Source of the DNA: Candidatus Thorarchaeota archaeon
GTDB lineage: Archaea > Asgardarchaeota > Thorarchaeia > Thorarchaeales > Thorarchaeaceae
Assembly (NCBI GenBank): GCA_008080745.1
Contig: SHMX01000011.1
Location: forward strand, 1-32,000
Direction: 5' to 3'
Length of the DNA stretch: 32,000 nucleotides
A model generated the notes under the pieces. It saw only the letters and a program-made list of their open reading frames with translations. It ran no database searches and was not told where the DNA came from. The position numbers and the translations under genes were made by a program. Position 1 is the stretch's first letter. Every line of letters begins with the position of its first letter. Below, piece by piece: positions 8,680 through 19,037 of this stretch.

Positions 8680-9879
8680 TCAAACACCTCCAATGGTTTC
8701 AAGAAAACTTTGTATTCTTGTGATGATACGCTGTTCGTCCGATAGTTCCGGGTCTAAAGGCAGCCTAAGTGCTTTGATTCCCAACTGATTAGCAGCTCCT
8801 TTCAGGGAGGGAGCCTCAAATTGATCAGGATCGCAAAATGACTGCTCACAAATTATTATACCATCGACATCGATGGCCGTAAATAGATTCTTCACATACT
8901 CTATTCTTTTGGGGAGACCCTCTTGTGTGGGCTCTAGTGGAGCACTAAGAATACTTTTTGCCAATTCAACGGACCATTCACCATTAGTATTGCAAGGAGG
9001 TGTAAAGATGGTTTTGAAACCGAGTGACAATAAATCCATCACAAGTTCATGAGGGTGGGTATTGGATACTGAATCAAATAGATTTGCAATAGTAGAGGGA
9101 GATATCATACCCCCAACAACCACAAGTCGTGGTGGTGATGCATTCGTTGTGAGTTTTTGTTTCCAAAAATTCCCAGTCAGAAGGGCACGATGTGCTTGTT
9201 CTAATGAAAGAGCTGATTCATCCTTCATTTCGATAGCCAAGTTGTGGGTTATTTCCTTCGCTTCCGTTGCTTTTTCATGACAGGGATGATTGTAAAAAGT
9301 ATCAATCAATGAGGCTAGTTGCAGATATGAAATTAGTTCTGGGTGTACCAGTCTTATGGTGTAGAGCTGTTGTATTGCGAGCCGCCACATATTTACTAGT
9401 TCTATCGCTTCACGAAACTGAGCATTTGTTGGACTAAAGCCATAGAGTCTTTGTAATTCTTTATTCAGTAAATCTAATTCAGCAGCGAAGAAAGCAATTG
9501 CATCATCATTTACCAGTCCAGCAGGATAAGTTAGCCGAAATACACGGTCGTCCGGAAAACGATACCGCCACACATCACCCATATTCTGCAGAGAATCACA
9601 TGTATTTCCTGGAAACACAATACCTGTTAATTCCCCCAATTTTCCAGATGCACGCTGACTAAAGATGTTACGAGAATATGCGCATGAGAATGTCTGCAGG
9701 CTTGATTCAAAACCACCCATAACACCTTTGATTGCAGTGACTAGTTTTGGTGTGAATCCATGTGCAATAAAAAGTTCAATTGGAGTGTGTTGATAGAGAT
9801 ATCCAATCATTTGTCTATTGGCATCCTCATCAGTATTCGACTTTAATCGAGCAGCATCCGTAACTTGACCATCACTCAC
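8680..9879 (-). CDS. 2-hydroxyacyl-CoA dehydratase beta-type subunit (HgdB/HadC/FldC/BcrC family)
   Basis: TPIELFIAHG, SCAYSR, GNTCDSLQ, FCDP and TRIQSFLE motifs. Likely start GTG 9879 with a GAGG RBS. Confidence 0.85.
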   Translation of the reverse strand: MSDGQVTDAARLKSNTDEDANRQMIGYLYQHTPIELFIAHGFTPKLVTAIKGVMGGFESSLQTFSCAYSRNIFSQRASGKLGELTGIVFPGNTCDSLQNMGDVWRYRFPDDRVFRLTYPAGLVNDDAIAFFAAELDLLNKELQRLYGFSPTNAQFREAIELVNMWRLAIQQLYTIRLVHPELISYLQLASLIDTFYNHPCHEKATEAKEITHNLAIEMKDESALSLEQAHRALLTGNFWKQKLTTNASPPRLVVVGGMISPSTIANLFDSVSNTHPHELVMDLLSLGFKTIFTPPCNTNGEWSVELAKSILSAPLEPTQEGLPKRIEYVKNLFTAIDVDGIIICEQSFCDPDQFEAPSLKGAANQLGIKALRLPLDPELSDEQRIITRIQSFLETIGGV

Positions 9880-10032
9880 AGTTCTAACCTCTCTCAAAGA
9901 ACTTGGCGTAACTAACAAAAGGTGCAATTGGTCTTATTTCTATCGAATTTGAAACGGATGGGAGTTTTTTACAAGCAGTAGAAGGAAATATCAGGTAGAA
10001 GTGTACAGAATAGATGTTCTAGGTCTTATAAT

Positions 10033-11808
10033 TTGGACCGGAAAGAGAGAGTAGAGCGTGAAAGAATGGACGAGATATGGCATAAACATAAATGGCCCCA
10101 AGATGTGGCCAAAAATCTTGACTACCCCAATGTTCCACTTTTTGAGATGCTTGATGTTACATCTTCTCGAAATGGAGATTTGCCTTATACAGTATATGAT
10201 GGGCAATCGTGGACATTTGATGAGGTAAAACGGAATTCAGACAGCATTGCGAATTTTCTCGCTAGTAAGGGAATCGGAAAAGGTGACAAGGTTGCAGTGT
10301 TCCTCCCCAATGTACCTCATTATCCACCTGTTTTCTTCGGGGCACTAAAAACAGGGGCAACAGTAGTAACTTGTAATCCGTCATACCGAGCAAACGAGCT
10401 AAATTTTCAATTGAATGACTCAGGGGCCAATGTGGTCTTTGTATTCGATCATCCAAAAATAACCCCCACCTGTTATGAAGCCATCAAAGGTACAGATGTG
10501 GAGATGGTTGTAGTATGCAGCATAAAACGATACTTGCCAAAAATCAAGGCTATTATTGGAGGGCTAGCAAAGAAGATTCCAAAGAGTCCGTATTATGAAG
10601 ATGACATAACCTACTTCTATGATGACATTGTCGATACATATGAACCGCATTCACCCGAGGTTGACATAGACTCACAGGATATTGCACTAATTCTGTATAC
10701 TGGAGGTACAACAGGAACACCAAAGGGTGCTGCCCTTAGACACAGTAACCTGTATTCAAATGTGCTTCAGATTTACGAGTGGGTTAATCTCTCTCCAGAG
10801 GATATCGATGCACCAAAGAAGATAGTGTATGGGGAGGAGGTCTTTGTTGGAGCACTGCCATGGTATCACAGCTATGGTCTAACTCTAACCATGCTGATGT
10901 CTACAAAATATGCATGCCAATTGGTATGTATTCCAGATCCACGAGCAGGAAATCCACCACTTTCTGATTTGCTTCGCGATCTTGAGAAGTATAGGGGAAC
11001 TGTTTTGAACTGTGTACCTGCACTCTATGCAGGAATAGTTAACCATCCTAATGTGGACAAATATGACCTCAGCTCAGTTAAAATCTGCAGCTCTGGTGCT
11101 GCTCCCTTGCCCCCTGAGTTAGCTAAGAGTTTCGAAGAGGTGACAGGAGCAATTCTTTTTGAGGGATATGGTCTGTCTGAAACATCTCCAGTCACACATA
11201 TTAATCCAACAAATAAACGGGACCGAAAATTTGGCTCGATTGGCCTTCCAGTTCCAGACACAATAGCTAGAATAGTGGATATTGAAACGGGAACAAAGGT
11301 GTTGGGAGTAGGAGAAACCGGTGAGATTGCCATCTCTGGCCCCCAAGTCATGGAAGGTTATTGGAATAAACTAGAAGAAACAGCAAATGTCATGCGGGAG
11401 ATAGATGGGAAAAGGTTCTTTCTAACTGGAGATATAGGTCACATGGATGAGGAGGGATACTTTGTGATTAGTGATCGAAAGAAGGATATGGTCAATGTAG
11501 GAGGTCTAAAGGCGTATCCAAGAGAGATAGAGGATATTTTCTATGAACATCCCAAGATTGCAATGGCAGCAGCTATCGGAGTACCCCGAGATGACGACCC
11601 CAGTAATGAATTTGTCAAGGCATTCATTGTTCTGAAGGAGGGAGAATCAGCTACCCCTGAGGAGTTCATCGAATGGGCCAGAGACAAGATGGCCGGATAC
11701 AAGAGGCCACGAGAGGTCGAACTAGTTGACGAATTACCTCTGAGCCAAGTTGGCAAGGTGCTTAGACGGGAACTTCGAAGAATGGAATTGGATAAGCGGA
11801 ATAGCTAA
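10033..11808 (+). CDS. Long-chain-fatty-acid-type acyl-CoA ligase (ANL/AMP-binding superfamily)
   Basis: YTGGTTGTPKG P-loop, EGYGLSE, TGDIG, DRKKDM and LPLSQVGKVLRR motifs. Confidence 0.93.
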   Translation: MDRKERVERERMDEIWHKHKWPQDVAKNLDYPNVPLFEMLDVTSSRNGDLPYTVYDGQSWTFDEVKRNSDSIANFLASKGIGKGDKVAVFLPNVPHYPPVFFGALKTGATVVTCNPSYRANELNFQLNDSGANVVFVFDHPKITPTCYEAIKGTDVEMVVVCSIKRYLPKIKAIIGGLAKKIPKSPYYEDDITYFYDDIVDTYEPHSPEVDIDSQDIALILYTGGTTGTPKGAALRHSNLYSNVLQIYEWVNLSPEDIDAPKKIVYGEEVFVGALPWYHSYGLTLTMLMSTKYACQLVCIPDPRAGNPPLSDLLRDLEKYRGTVLNCVPALYAGIVNHPNVDKYDLSSVKICSSGAAPLPPELAKSFEEVTGAILFEGYGLSETSPVTHINPTNKRDRKFGSIGLPVPDTIARIVDIETGTKVLGVGETGEIAISGPQVMEGYWNKLEETANVMREIDGKRFFLTGDIGHMDEEGYFVISDRKKDMVNVGGLKAYPREIEDIFYEHPKIAMAAAIGVPRDDDPSNEFVKAFIVLKEGESATPEEFIEWARDKMAGYKRPREVELVDELPLSQVGKVLRRELRRMELDKRNS

Positions 11809-11821
11809 AAAGAATGATAAA

Positions 11822-11862
11822 GGGCTCGGTGAATGTGACTGTGAGTCGTCATTCCTGAGCTC
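11822..11862 (+). other. Long stem-loop in the 3' UTR of the ligase gene
   Basis: GGGCTCGG/CTGAGCTC (8 bp including two G-U), GAATG/CATTC and GACT/AGTC nested stems, about 17 bp in 41 nt. Confidence 0.55.
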
Positions 11863-11988
11863 GAACTGATTTTGTAAATGATTCAATTGCTCAAGGTTAA
11901 AAAGAAAAAATACTCCGGCCTTGATGTTGCAATATAGGATGATGAGAAGTAGGTCGAATGAAAATTAAAACTATGAGAGGACAAACTG

Positions 11989-13194
11989 GTGATTAGCAGA
12001 ACTGCAAATAGAATGGTAAGCAACTCTTTCTCATCATTAGAATATGAATACTGTGAAATTAATTGGGATGACTTTGTCACTACTGAAATAGGAATATACA
12101 TTCATGTGCCATTCTGTCCCCGATTATGCACCTTCTGTCCCTTCCATCGAGTACTATACAATAGAGAATTGAAGGATAGATATGTTAAAGCACTAATTAG
12201 AGAGATAGAGCTGAGAGAGCTTCAGGGAGAAGTTGAATGGGTCTATATTGGGGGAGGAACTCCAAATCTATTAGAGGCGGAAGAAATAGGTGCTATTCTC
12301 GACAAACTTCGCGAGTATGTAAGGATTGAAGATATAGCAATCGAGGGAAAGCCACGATATTTCACCAGAGAATATCTTGAGGTTCTGAACAGATACGATG
12401 TTAGCAAACTCAGCATGGGAGTTGAATCGCTTAAGGAAGAAAGCCTTGATTCTGTAGAACGAGATGAAACAGGTATTTCATTAATAGAGCAAATAGTAAA
12501 TGACGCCCATAACCATGACATGGTAGTGAATGCCGACCTAATGGTGGGATTGCCTATGCAGTATAGTGGAGACGTTATTTCAGATGTTACAACTCTTTCA
12601 GAGGTCGGGCTGGATCAGATATCTACCTATCCCTTCACTAAAGCTCCAGGTGCTAAACATAGAAGAAGAACAACTTCAAAACACATTTTCGAGATGATTG
12701 AAAAAGCTGCTGACACCATAGAAGAGGCGGGATACGTCAGAGAGAACATCTGGGTCTTTTCGAAACCAAGTCTAGCTAAAAAATCTCTTACTGAAGATCC
12801 AATAGAATATATTGGATATGGTCCGTCAGCATTCAGTGTTGCGGGAAATCTTCAGGTGGTCAACCCCCATATTGAGAATTATCTGGACTCAATAAGTCAT
12901 GAGAAGACAATGGGCTTCAAAATTACATTTGATGAGGGATTTAATGCGTGGAGAAAATTTGCACACCGGTTGTACGACTTGCGTGTCAGTGAGGACTTTC
13001 TTTCTACCATGCCGAGAAATATCCGGTGGGTTTTAAAATTACTGAGGCTGATGGGATATATCAAAGGGGACAAAGTCACTAGGAAGGGGAGATATTTCAT
13101 CCATGATCTGACTACAACAGTCATTGAGAAGTTGCCGTTTCCACTTGGCAATCCTGTTTCCAGAGGAGTAGCATGCATGAATATTTTCTTTTGA
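11989..13194 (+). CDS. HemN/HemW-like radical SAM protein
   Basis: IYIHVPFCPRLCTFCPF (CxxxCxxC), YIGGGTP, SMGVES and DLMVGLP motifs. Confidence 0.88.
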   Translation: MISRTANRMVSNSFSSLEYEYCEINWDDFVTTEIGIYIHVPFCPRLCTFCPFHRVLYNRELKDRYVKALIREIELRELQGEVEWVYIGGGTPNLLEAEEIGAILDKLREYVRIEDIAIEGKPRYFTREYLEVLNRYDVSKLSMGVESLKEESLDSVERDETGISLIEQIVNDAHNHDMVVNADLMVGLPMQYSGDVISDVTTLSEVGLDQISTYPFTKAPGAKHRRRTTSKHIFEMIEKAADTIEEAGYVRENIWVFSKPSLAKKSLTEDPIEYIGYGPSAFSVAGNLQVVNPHIENYLDSISHEKTMGFKITFDEGFNAWRKFAHRLYDLRVSEDFLSTMPRNIRWVLKLLRLMGYIKGDKVTRKGRYFIHDLTTTVIEKLPFPLGNPVSRGVACMNIFF

Positions 13195-13262
13195 TAAAGC
13201 AAATCGTGTGATTCTTTAGGATGGGGATATCATATCCCTTTGTTCAAATCAAGGTGACCTTT

Positions 13263-15020
13263 ATGAAATTCCGCTCCAGATATATCGCACTTATTGTACT
13301 TACGGGTGTCATCGCATCATCATTATTTGCATCAAGCACAAGCGAAAGAGCTTTTGGAGAAATCACCATTGAACGAACTTCTTTCGTACGACAGAATGGT
13401 CGAGTTGTACATTTCTCAATCTACAAACCAAGTGAGTACAACTATGGTGAGCCCATGCCTGCCGTTGTTACCATTCATGGGATTTCAGGGTCTCGTGAAG
13501 CCATGGAATCATACAATATTGAATTGGCTCGAAGAAACTTCACGGTGGTATCAGTAGATACTGCAGGGCATGGGGTCTCAACAGAGAAGTTTGGATTTGC
13601 ATCATTCATGGAAGCGGTAACAGATGCCTACGAGGCCGTGAGACATGTACAGATGATTGATCCCTTTACGGATGATTATACATACGGTGTCATCGGCCAC
13701 TCACTTGGGGCAGGAATGGCTTTGCTTTTTCAAGAAATGCCAGTTCTTCCAAATGCTACAGTCATCATTGGTGGAGGGATGGGAGATTCTTTTGGAGGTC
13801 TAGAGCTACCGCTCAATGAAACTAATCCAGCAAATCTTCTCATCGCTTCGGGAATATATGATGAGCTAATAGACTCTGCTGTTGCGTATGAAACTCTGAG
13901 GCAGTCAACAGGACTTGAAACTGTGGAGGAGGATATTGTCTACGGAAGTTTCCAGAATGGAACTGCAAGAAAGTTAGTTCTCAGTGCCACCAACCATCTT
14001 TTTGAAATTTCCGACCATCTTTTGATTGCCAACACCCTAGAATGGATGGGACTCTCCCTGCAAGAGAGCAAATATTCCTATAATAAATACAGTGCAAATG
14101 ATCATATCTATCAATATAGAGGATTTGCAAACTTTATTCTAATTACGGGATTAATACTATCAATTTTTCCTATTGTACTAATCACTCAATCTAAACTTCC
14201 CAGCCAATTCAGGCCAAAACCACAAGTTACTCGAGAGTATCCAATCAAATCCAAACGAGCAGTGCAAATTAGTTTCATATTGAGTCTTCTCAGCGGGATA
14301 ATACTACTGGGAGTCGTATTCTTAGGATTCGGGTTTGAATTTGGAGGAATATCACTTCTTCCGATAGCCTTTGGTTCAACTATAATCCTCTATTCAATCA
14401 TCATGTTCTTCGTGAATCTATTCATTCTGAGGAGAGAGTTGGGAGAGAATCTAGAACTCTATCATGGAACAATAGAAAATGGTATTCTATCTCACCTGAA
14501 AAGAAATATCCCACGAGGAATTGTACTATTAGTACCAGTCATAGTCTGGATGATTGTGTGGTCAGCAATATCCACCTATGCCTTGCATACCAGATTTACT
14601 CTGATATGGCCAGTTGAAGGAATTTCAGCACTATATCGTACCATGTATCTATTCATACTATTATTCTCATTAATACCCATCTTTTACAGCGAGAAAATTT
14701 GGATAAATGCAACTATGGGAGCCAATAGAGAATGGAGCGGATTCAAAGGATTGACTTTAGATGTTCTAAAGACCATTTTATATCGCCTTTCAGGAATTGT
14801 GGTTCTGCTTCTGATACTCTATGGGCCATTTCTCATGGGAATCAGATTTGGTTTTATCATGTTTATTGCACTCTTGATGCTGCCATTTACCTTGATACTT
14901 GGAATATGTGTGGTACTAAACCTCTGGGTGGGGCGAGTCACAAAAAACGACCTTGCATCTGCAATGACCAGCGCCTTGATACTAGCTCTGATCATTGCGG
15001 GGACATTTCAATTGCTCTGA
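13263..15020 (+). CDS. Membrane-anchored alpha/beta hydrolase fused to a C-terminal multi-TM domain
   Basis: N-terminal TM, HG oxyanion motif, GHSLG nucleophile elbow, candidate Asp (GIYDE) and His (TNHLFE), then about 8 TM. ATG 13263 has an AGGTG RBS. Confidence 0.8.
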   Translation: MKFRSRYIALIVLTGVIASSLFASSTSERAFGEITIERTSFVRQNGRVVHFSIYKPSEYNYGEPMPAVVTIHGISGSREAMESYNIELARRNFTVVSVDTAGHGVSTEKFGFASFMEAVTDAYEAVRHVQMIDPFTDDYTYGVIGHSLGAGMALLFQEMPVLPNATVIIGGGMGDSFGGLELPLNETNPANLLIASGIYDELIDSAVAYETLRQSTGLETVEEDIVYGSFQNGTARKLVLSATNHLFEISDHLLIANTLEWMGLSLQESKYSYNKYSANDHIYQYRGFANFILITGLILSIFPIVLITQSKLPSQFRPKPQVTREYPIKSKRAVQISFILSLLSGIILLGVVFLGFGFEFGGISLLPIAFGSTIILYSIIMFFVNLFILRRELGENLELYHGTIENGILSHLKRNIPRGIVLLVPVIVWMIVWSAISTYALHTRFTLIWPVEGISALYRTMYLFILLFSLIPIFYSEKIWINATMGANREWSGFKGLTLDVLKTILYRLSGIVVLLLILYGPFLMGIRFGFIMFIALLMLPFTLILGICVVLNLWVGRVTKNDLASAMTSALILALIIAGTFQLL

Positions 15021-15027
15021 ATAAAAA

Positions 15028-15549
15028 TTACGAGCTTTCAGACTCTGCCTTGTGTTGTCTGGCCAGTTCAATGTAAAGTTCCGCATTACTCTTGAAGGAA
15101 TCTCGTAGGGTTGAAGGGACCTCCTTGATAACCTTACCAGGGATTCCAAGAACCAAAGAGTTGGGTGGTATTTCCGTACGTTCGGTAACAACCGCACCTG
15201 CTCCAATAACACTGCCCTCTCCGATTTTTACGCCCGATAAAACAATAGAACCAATCCCGACCACTGCATAGTCACCAATCTCTGCGCCATGAATCACACT
15301 GTTATGTCCAGCAGTCACATAGTCACCAATAACAGAGGGATTCATGAAATCGGTATGTACAGTAGCATTGTCTTGGATGGATGTACCTTTGCCAATACGG
15401 ATATAGTTCATATCAGCTCGGAGAACAGCAAACTCCCAAACACTTGACTCAGGACCTATTTCAATATCTCCAATCAATGAAGCTCTTGGAGAGATATATG
15501 CATCAGGGTCAATCTTAGGCATTTTTCCTTCAAATTTGTGTAATCCCAC
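15028..15549 (-). CDS. Gamma carbonic anhydrase family protein (left-handed beta-helix)
   Basis: LRAD, IQDN-x-T-x-H, GH-x-x-x-IHG and hexapeptide repeats, LVLGIPGK. Confidence 0.92.
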   Translation of the reverse strand: MGLHKFEGKMPKIDPDAYISPRASLIGDIEIGPESSVWEFAVLRADMNYIRIGKGTSIQDNATVHTDFMNPSVIGDYVTAGHNSVIHGAEIGDYAVVGIGSIVLSGVKIGEGSVIGAGAVVTERTEIPPNSLVLGIPGKVIKEVPSTLRDSFKSNAELYIELARQHKAESESS

Positions 15550-15603
15550 AATCTACACCAGCATGCAATTATATCCAACTAACTATAAGCCTATTGTCAA
15601 AGA

Positions 15604-16638
15604 CTAAGAAAAAGTGCTAATGGTTTCTTGAAATACCGAGGGGAACTTGTTAGCACACTTATGAATTTCTCTGGTTAATTTTGGACTTGCACCGGAGAGA
15701 CCACATTGTGTGGAAACCATACAGGATTTGGATATTAAATCGATTGAAACTCCACTTTTTACAAGTGCAGAAATAGTTGCATCAAGTCCTGAAGACAAGG
15801 TCTCAATTATGGGCAGGTCATAGGCTTCGTCAACGTTGGGAAGAACGCCAAGAGCAAGACCGCCACCAATCTCTAGAAAGTTATTGATTTTCTCGGCCTG
15901 TTCTGAGTCAACCTTTGTTTCATATCTTACACAGTCTATATGAGCTAGTTTAGGAGGGGTGTCCCATAGTAGATGACGACCATCGTATTGTAGTTCTCGC
16001 CAATCATCACAATAATGATATGCAGGAATAACTTCATCTGGATAAACTCGGTTTATAGCTCGGAGAATTTGTTCAACCTTGAGTCCACCTGTTTTTCCAG
16101 CTTCAATAAGTTGGATAACGAAACTAACAGCTGGGTCATCCTGACTCAGAATTAGCTTAGAGCAAATAGGAGAGAGATGCTCTACTAACCCTTTTGCAAC
16201 TCGTTCCATAAGAGAAGTATAGAAACGAAGCATCTGTTCAGAAACAAGTTGGCGACCATCAGGACCACGTGTACTGAAACACATAGTAGCCGGTGCGGTC
16301 TGTTGAGTCTTCAGGGCGTCAAAAGGACCGTATTCAGGAAGGATATAGAGGCTATGTGAATGTGCTTCATCAGGAAGTAGAGGTTCATCATGAGAAACAA
16401 TTTCCTGATAGGTATACATATCAACCTCTAGAATGAAATCACCCTGCGTTTCAAATCCTTCTATGAGACTTGCAAATTGACGGACCATATCTTCCTCACG
16501 AATTTTGGGTACCTGATAGGTATAAGGGAGTTGAAGTTTGGAAACATACTCGATGGGCTTTAATGGATCTATTTCTCCAACACTGCCAACGGCAAAGAAA
16601 GCGCCAATCAAGTTCTCTGGTAACAACGTCTTTGGCAA
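15604..16638 (-). CDS. Core-MetE-like (folate-independent, MesB-like) methionine synthase
   Basis: N-terminal VGS, QQTAPAT (GQITGP-like), QDDP (DEP-like), H-x-C (YHYC) and TQCGL zinc ligands, GLALGVLP; single barrel of 344 aa. Confidence 0.65.
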   Translation of the reverse strand: MPKTLLPENLIGAFFAVGSVGEIDPLKPIEYVSKLQLPYTYQVPKIREEDMVRQFASLIEGFETQGDFILEVDMYTYQEIVSHDEPLLPDEAHSHSLYILPEYGPFDALKTQQTAPATMCFSTRGPDGRQLVSEQMLRFYTSLMERVAKGLVEHLSPICSKLILSQDDPAVSFVIQLIEAGKTGGLKVEQILRAINRVYPDEVIPAYHYCDDWRELQYDGRHLLWDTPPKLAHIDCVRYETKVDSEQAEKINNFLEIGGGLALGVLPNVDEAYDLPIIETLSSGLDATISALVKSGVSIDLISKSCMVSTQCGLSGASPKLTREIHKCANKFPSVFQETISTFS

Positions 16639-16713
16639 CAGTCTATCTCCTGTAATTCAAAGCTACCTCTGAAACTAGATATTAATGTAGATGTCTATTC
16701 GAAGAGATATGTT

Positions 16714-17652
16714 TCAGGATTTTGCAGGAATATACCATTCTTCAAGAGAGATCTGGGATTGGGTATCGAGAATATCGGGATTTTGATATAACTTTCGTAG
16801 AAAAATATTGTAATCCCTTACACTTGGTATACGTACTGTAGCAAACAGACTGAATTCATCACCAACTCTCTGAAGGTCCCATATCTCATCAAATCCACAT
16901 ATACTCTGAGCCACTTGTGCAACCTTTCCCGGCCGAGAACGTATCCGAAGAAAGAATTTGATTGGTAACCCAATGTATGAAAAATCAATATCGATTGAAA
17001 ACCCCAGAATGCTACTATGTTTCTTTAGTTTCCTCAGAGATTTAGAGATAGCTGGTTGGCTTAGTTGATTCTCCATCATATCGCCAATATCCTGTTGAGT
17101 AGGTGGGAAAGGATGCTCAGTAGTAGCCTCACGTCTTCTAAGGATGCTCAAAAGTTCCCAATCGTTCTTCGATATGGATGGTGTCTTCAAATCAGTGATG
17201 GGTACGGGAAAACCATGCATTTTGTAAGTAGTTAGTACTTGTACAAGATTATAGGTCTGCATCAGAGACTTTGCAGTCACCTTGTCAACTACATCTAGAA
17301 AGTTCTCAAAGGCATGGGCATCTCTAAATCGGAATAAGCCAATTAGGGAATTTTCGCCTGAGAGACCATCCAACCACTCTAACTCTGACATTGCAAGCAG
17401 TGCTTGACTCACATCTGTTTCACGAGGATTTGTCTTTACTAGAAGTAGGCTACTGCGTTCGGCATACACGTAGGCAGGATTCAAAATCGTAACATAGGAA
17501 CGAAGAATATTATTTTGAACCAGTTTTTTTATTTTCCTGGATATCCAGTTTCTACTTTTATCCATACTTACCCCTAGTGATGAAATGCTTGAACGGGAAT
17601 TAGCCAGAAGTAAAACTAACAATTTTCTCTCACTATCAGTAATTTTTTGCAT
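16714..17652 (-). CDS. Lrp/AsnC-family regulator with two tandem HTH plus ligand-binding units
   Basis: Two Lrp-type wHTH units (ITDSERKLL...ISRKIKKL and ISKNDWELL...ISKSLRKL), each followed by a RAM-like domain. Likely start ATG 17652. Confidence 0.8.
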   Translation of the reverse strand: MQKITDSERKLLVLLLANSRSSISSLGVSMDKSRNWISRKIKKLVQNNILRSYVTILNPAYVYAERSSLLLVKTNPRETDVSQALLAMSELEWLDGLSGENSLIGLFRFRDAHAFENFLDVVDKVTAKSLMQTYNLVQVLTTYKMHGFPVPITDLKTPSISKNDWELLSILRRREATTEHPFPPTQQDIGDMMENQLSQPAISKSLRKLKKHSSILGFSIDIDFSYIGLPIKFFLRIRSRPGKVAQVAQSICGFDEIWDLQRVGDEFSLFATVRIPSVRDYNIFLRKLYQNPDILDTQSQISLEEWYIPAKS

Positions 17653-17730
17653 ATTGAATGGACTGTATTCATGCAAATTATTCTTTACGGTGATGTAGGA
17701 TTGATATAGAGGTGAGAAACAAGGGATACC

Positions 17731-18996
17731 GTGATTACAATGGTAGATTACAAGGTAAAAGACATCGGCCTTGCAGACGAAGGCAGGATGTTAATCGAAT
17801 ATGCAGAAAAACATATGCCTGTTCTCATGCACCTTAGGAAGAAGTACTCGGAATCAAAACCCCTCAAGGGTATGAGAGTTGCTGGATGTCTGCATGTCAC
17901 AAAGGAAACAGCAGTACTGGTTGAAACGCTTCGCGCAGTGGGGGCGGAAGTAGCATGGTCAGGATGTAACCCATTATCAACCAATGACAAGGTTGCAGCA
18001 GGACTTGCAGCAAATGATGTTTCAGTTTTCGCTTGGCATGGTCTTAATACTGAGGAATACTATTGGTGCATAGAACAGACACTGAAGATGGAACCCACCC
18101 TAACACTTGATGATGGCGCTGATTTGATTTTCACATTGCACAATAAACATGAGGAATTAATACCCAAACTTCATGGTGGATCCGAAGAAACAACAACGGG
18201 AGTAATTCGTATTCGAGCAATGGCTGAGGATGGAGCACTAAAATATCCAATAATGGCCGTCAATGATGCAGATACAAAACATCTGTTTGATAACAGATAC
18301 GGAACTGGACAGAGTGTCTTTGATGGTGTCCTGAGAGCCTCAGCCATACTCATTGCAGGTAAGACTGTAGTAATTGGAGGATACGGTTTCTGTGGCAGAG
18401 GTATGGCTGAACGAGCAGAGGGACTCGGAGCTAATGTAATTGTTACAGAAGTGGACCCAGTTCGTGCCCTTCAAGCAAGAATGGATGGATACCGAGTCAT
18501 GCAAATGGATGATGCCGCTCCTGAAGGAGATCTTTTCCTTACTGCTACAGGAATGAAGGATGTCATTACTGGTGAGCACATGAAAGTCATGAAAGATGGA
18601 GCAATGATGGGTAATGCAGGACATTATAATGTAGAGATTAATGAACCACATCTCATCAAGCTGAGCAAGGGTAAACGACGTGTTAGGCATGCACTTGATG
18701 AATATGAAATGAAGGATGGAAGACGCCTCTATCTACTTGGAGAGGGACGTCTGGTTAATCTTGCTGCCGCAGAAGGTCATCCTTCAGAAGTAATGGACCT
18801 ATCATTCGCGGGACAACTCAATGCAATGATCTGGATGGCAAAACATGGCAAAGACCTGAAACCAGCCGTCTACGAGTTCCCAGAGGAATTAGACAAACAG
18901 ACCGCTTTGGCAAAACTCGAAACCATGGGCATCAAAATTGACAAGTGGACTCCGGAGCAGAAAGCCTACGCCAGAGCATATGCGGAAGGAACTTAA
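17731..18996 (+). CDS. ahcY: S-adenosylhomocysteine hydrolase
   Basis: GCLH, CNPLST, LDDGADL, EETTTG, KHLFDNRYGTGQS, GYG-x-CGRG and GRLVNLAAAEGHPSEVMDLSF motifs. Confidence 0.97.
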   Translation: MITMVDYKVKDIGLADEGRMLIEYAEKHMPVLMHLRKKYSESKPLKGMRVAGCLHVTKETAVLVETLRAVGAEVAWSGCNPLSTNDKVAAGLAANDVSVFAWHGLNTEEYYWCIEQTLKMEPTLTLDDGADLIFTLHNKHEELIPKLHGGSEETTTGVIRIRAMAEDGALKYPIMAVNDADTKHLFDNRYGTGQSVFDGVLRASAILIAGKTVVIGGYGFCGRGMAERAEGLGANVIVTEVDPVRALQARMDGYRVMQMDDAAPEGDLFLTATGMKDVITGEHMKVMKDGAMMGNAGHYNVEINEPHLIKLSKGKRRVRHALDEYEMKDGRRLYLLGEGRLVNLAAAEGHPSEVMDLSFAGQLNAMIWMAKHGKDLKPAVYEFPEELDKQTALAKLETMGIKIDKWTPEQKAYARAYAEGT

Positions 18997-19037
18997 TGAG
19001 GGGACCTAAGCCACCTCAATTCTGATACAGGAGAGCT

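Noticed and set aside
11958-11996. 12-codon uORF overlapping the radical SAM start (possible frameshift)
   Set aside because: GTG 11989 has a plausible GAGAGGA RBS and the CxxxCxxC domain is complete.
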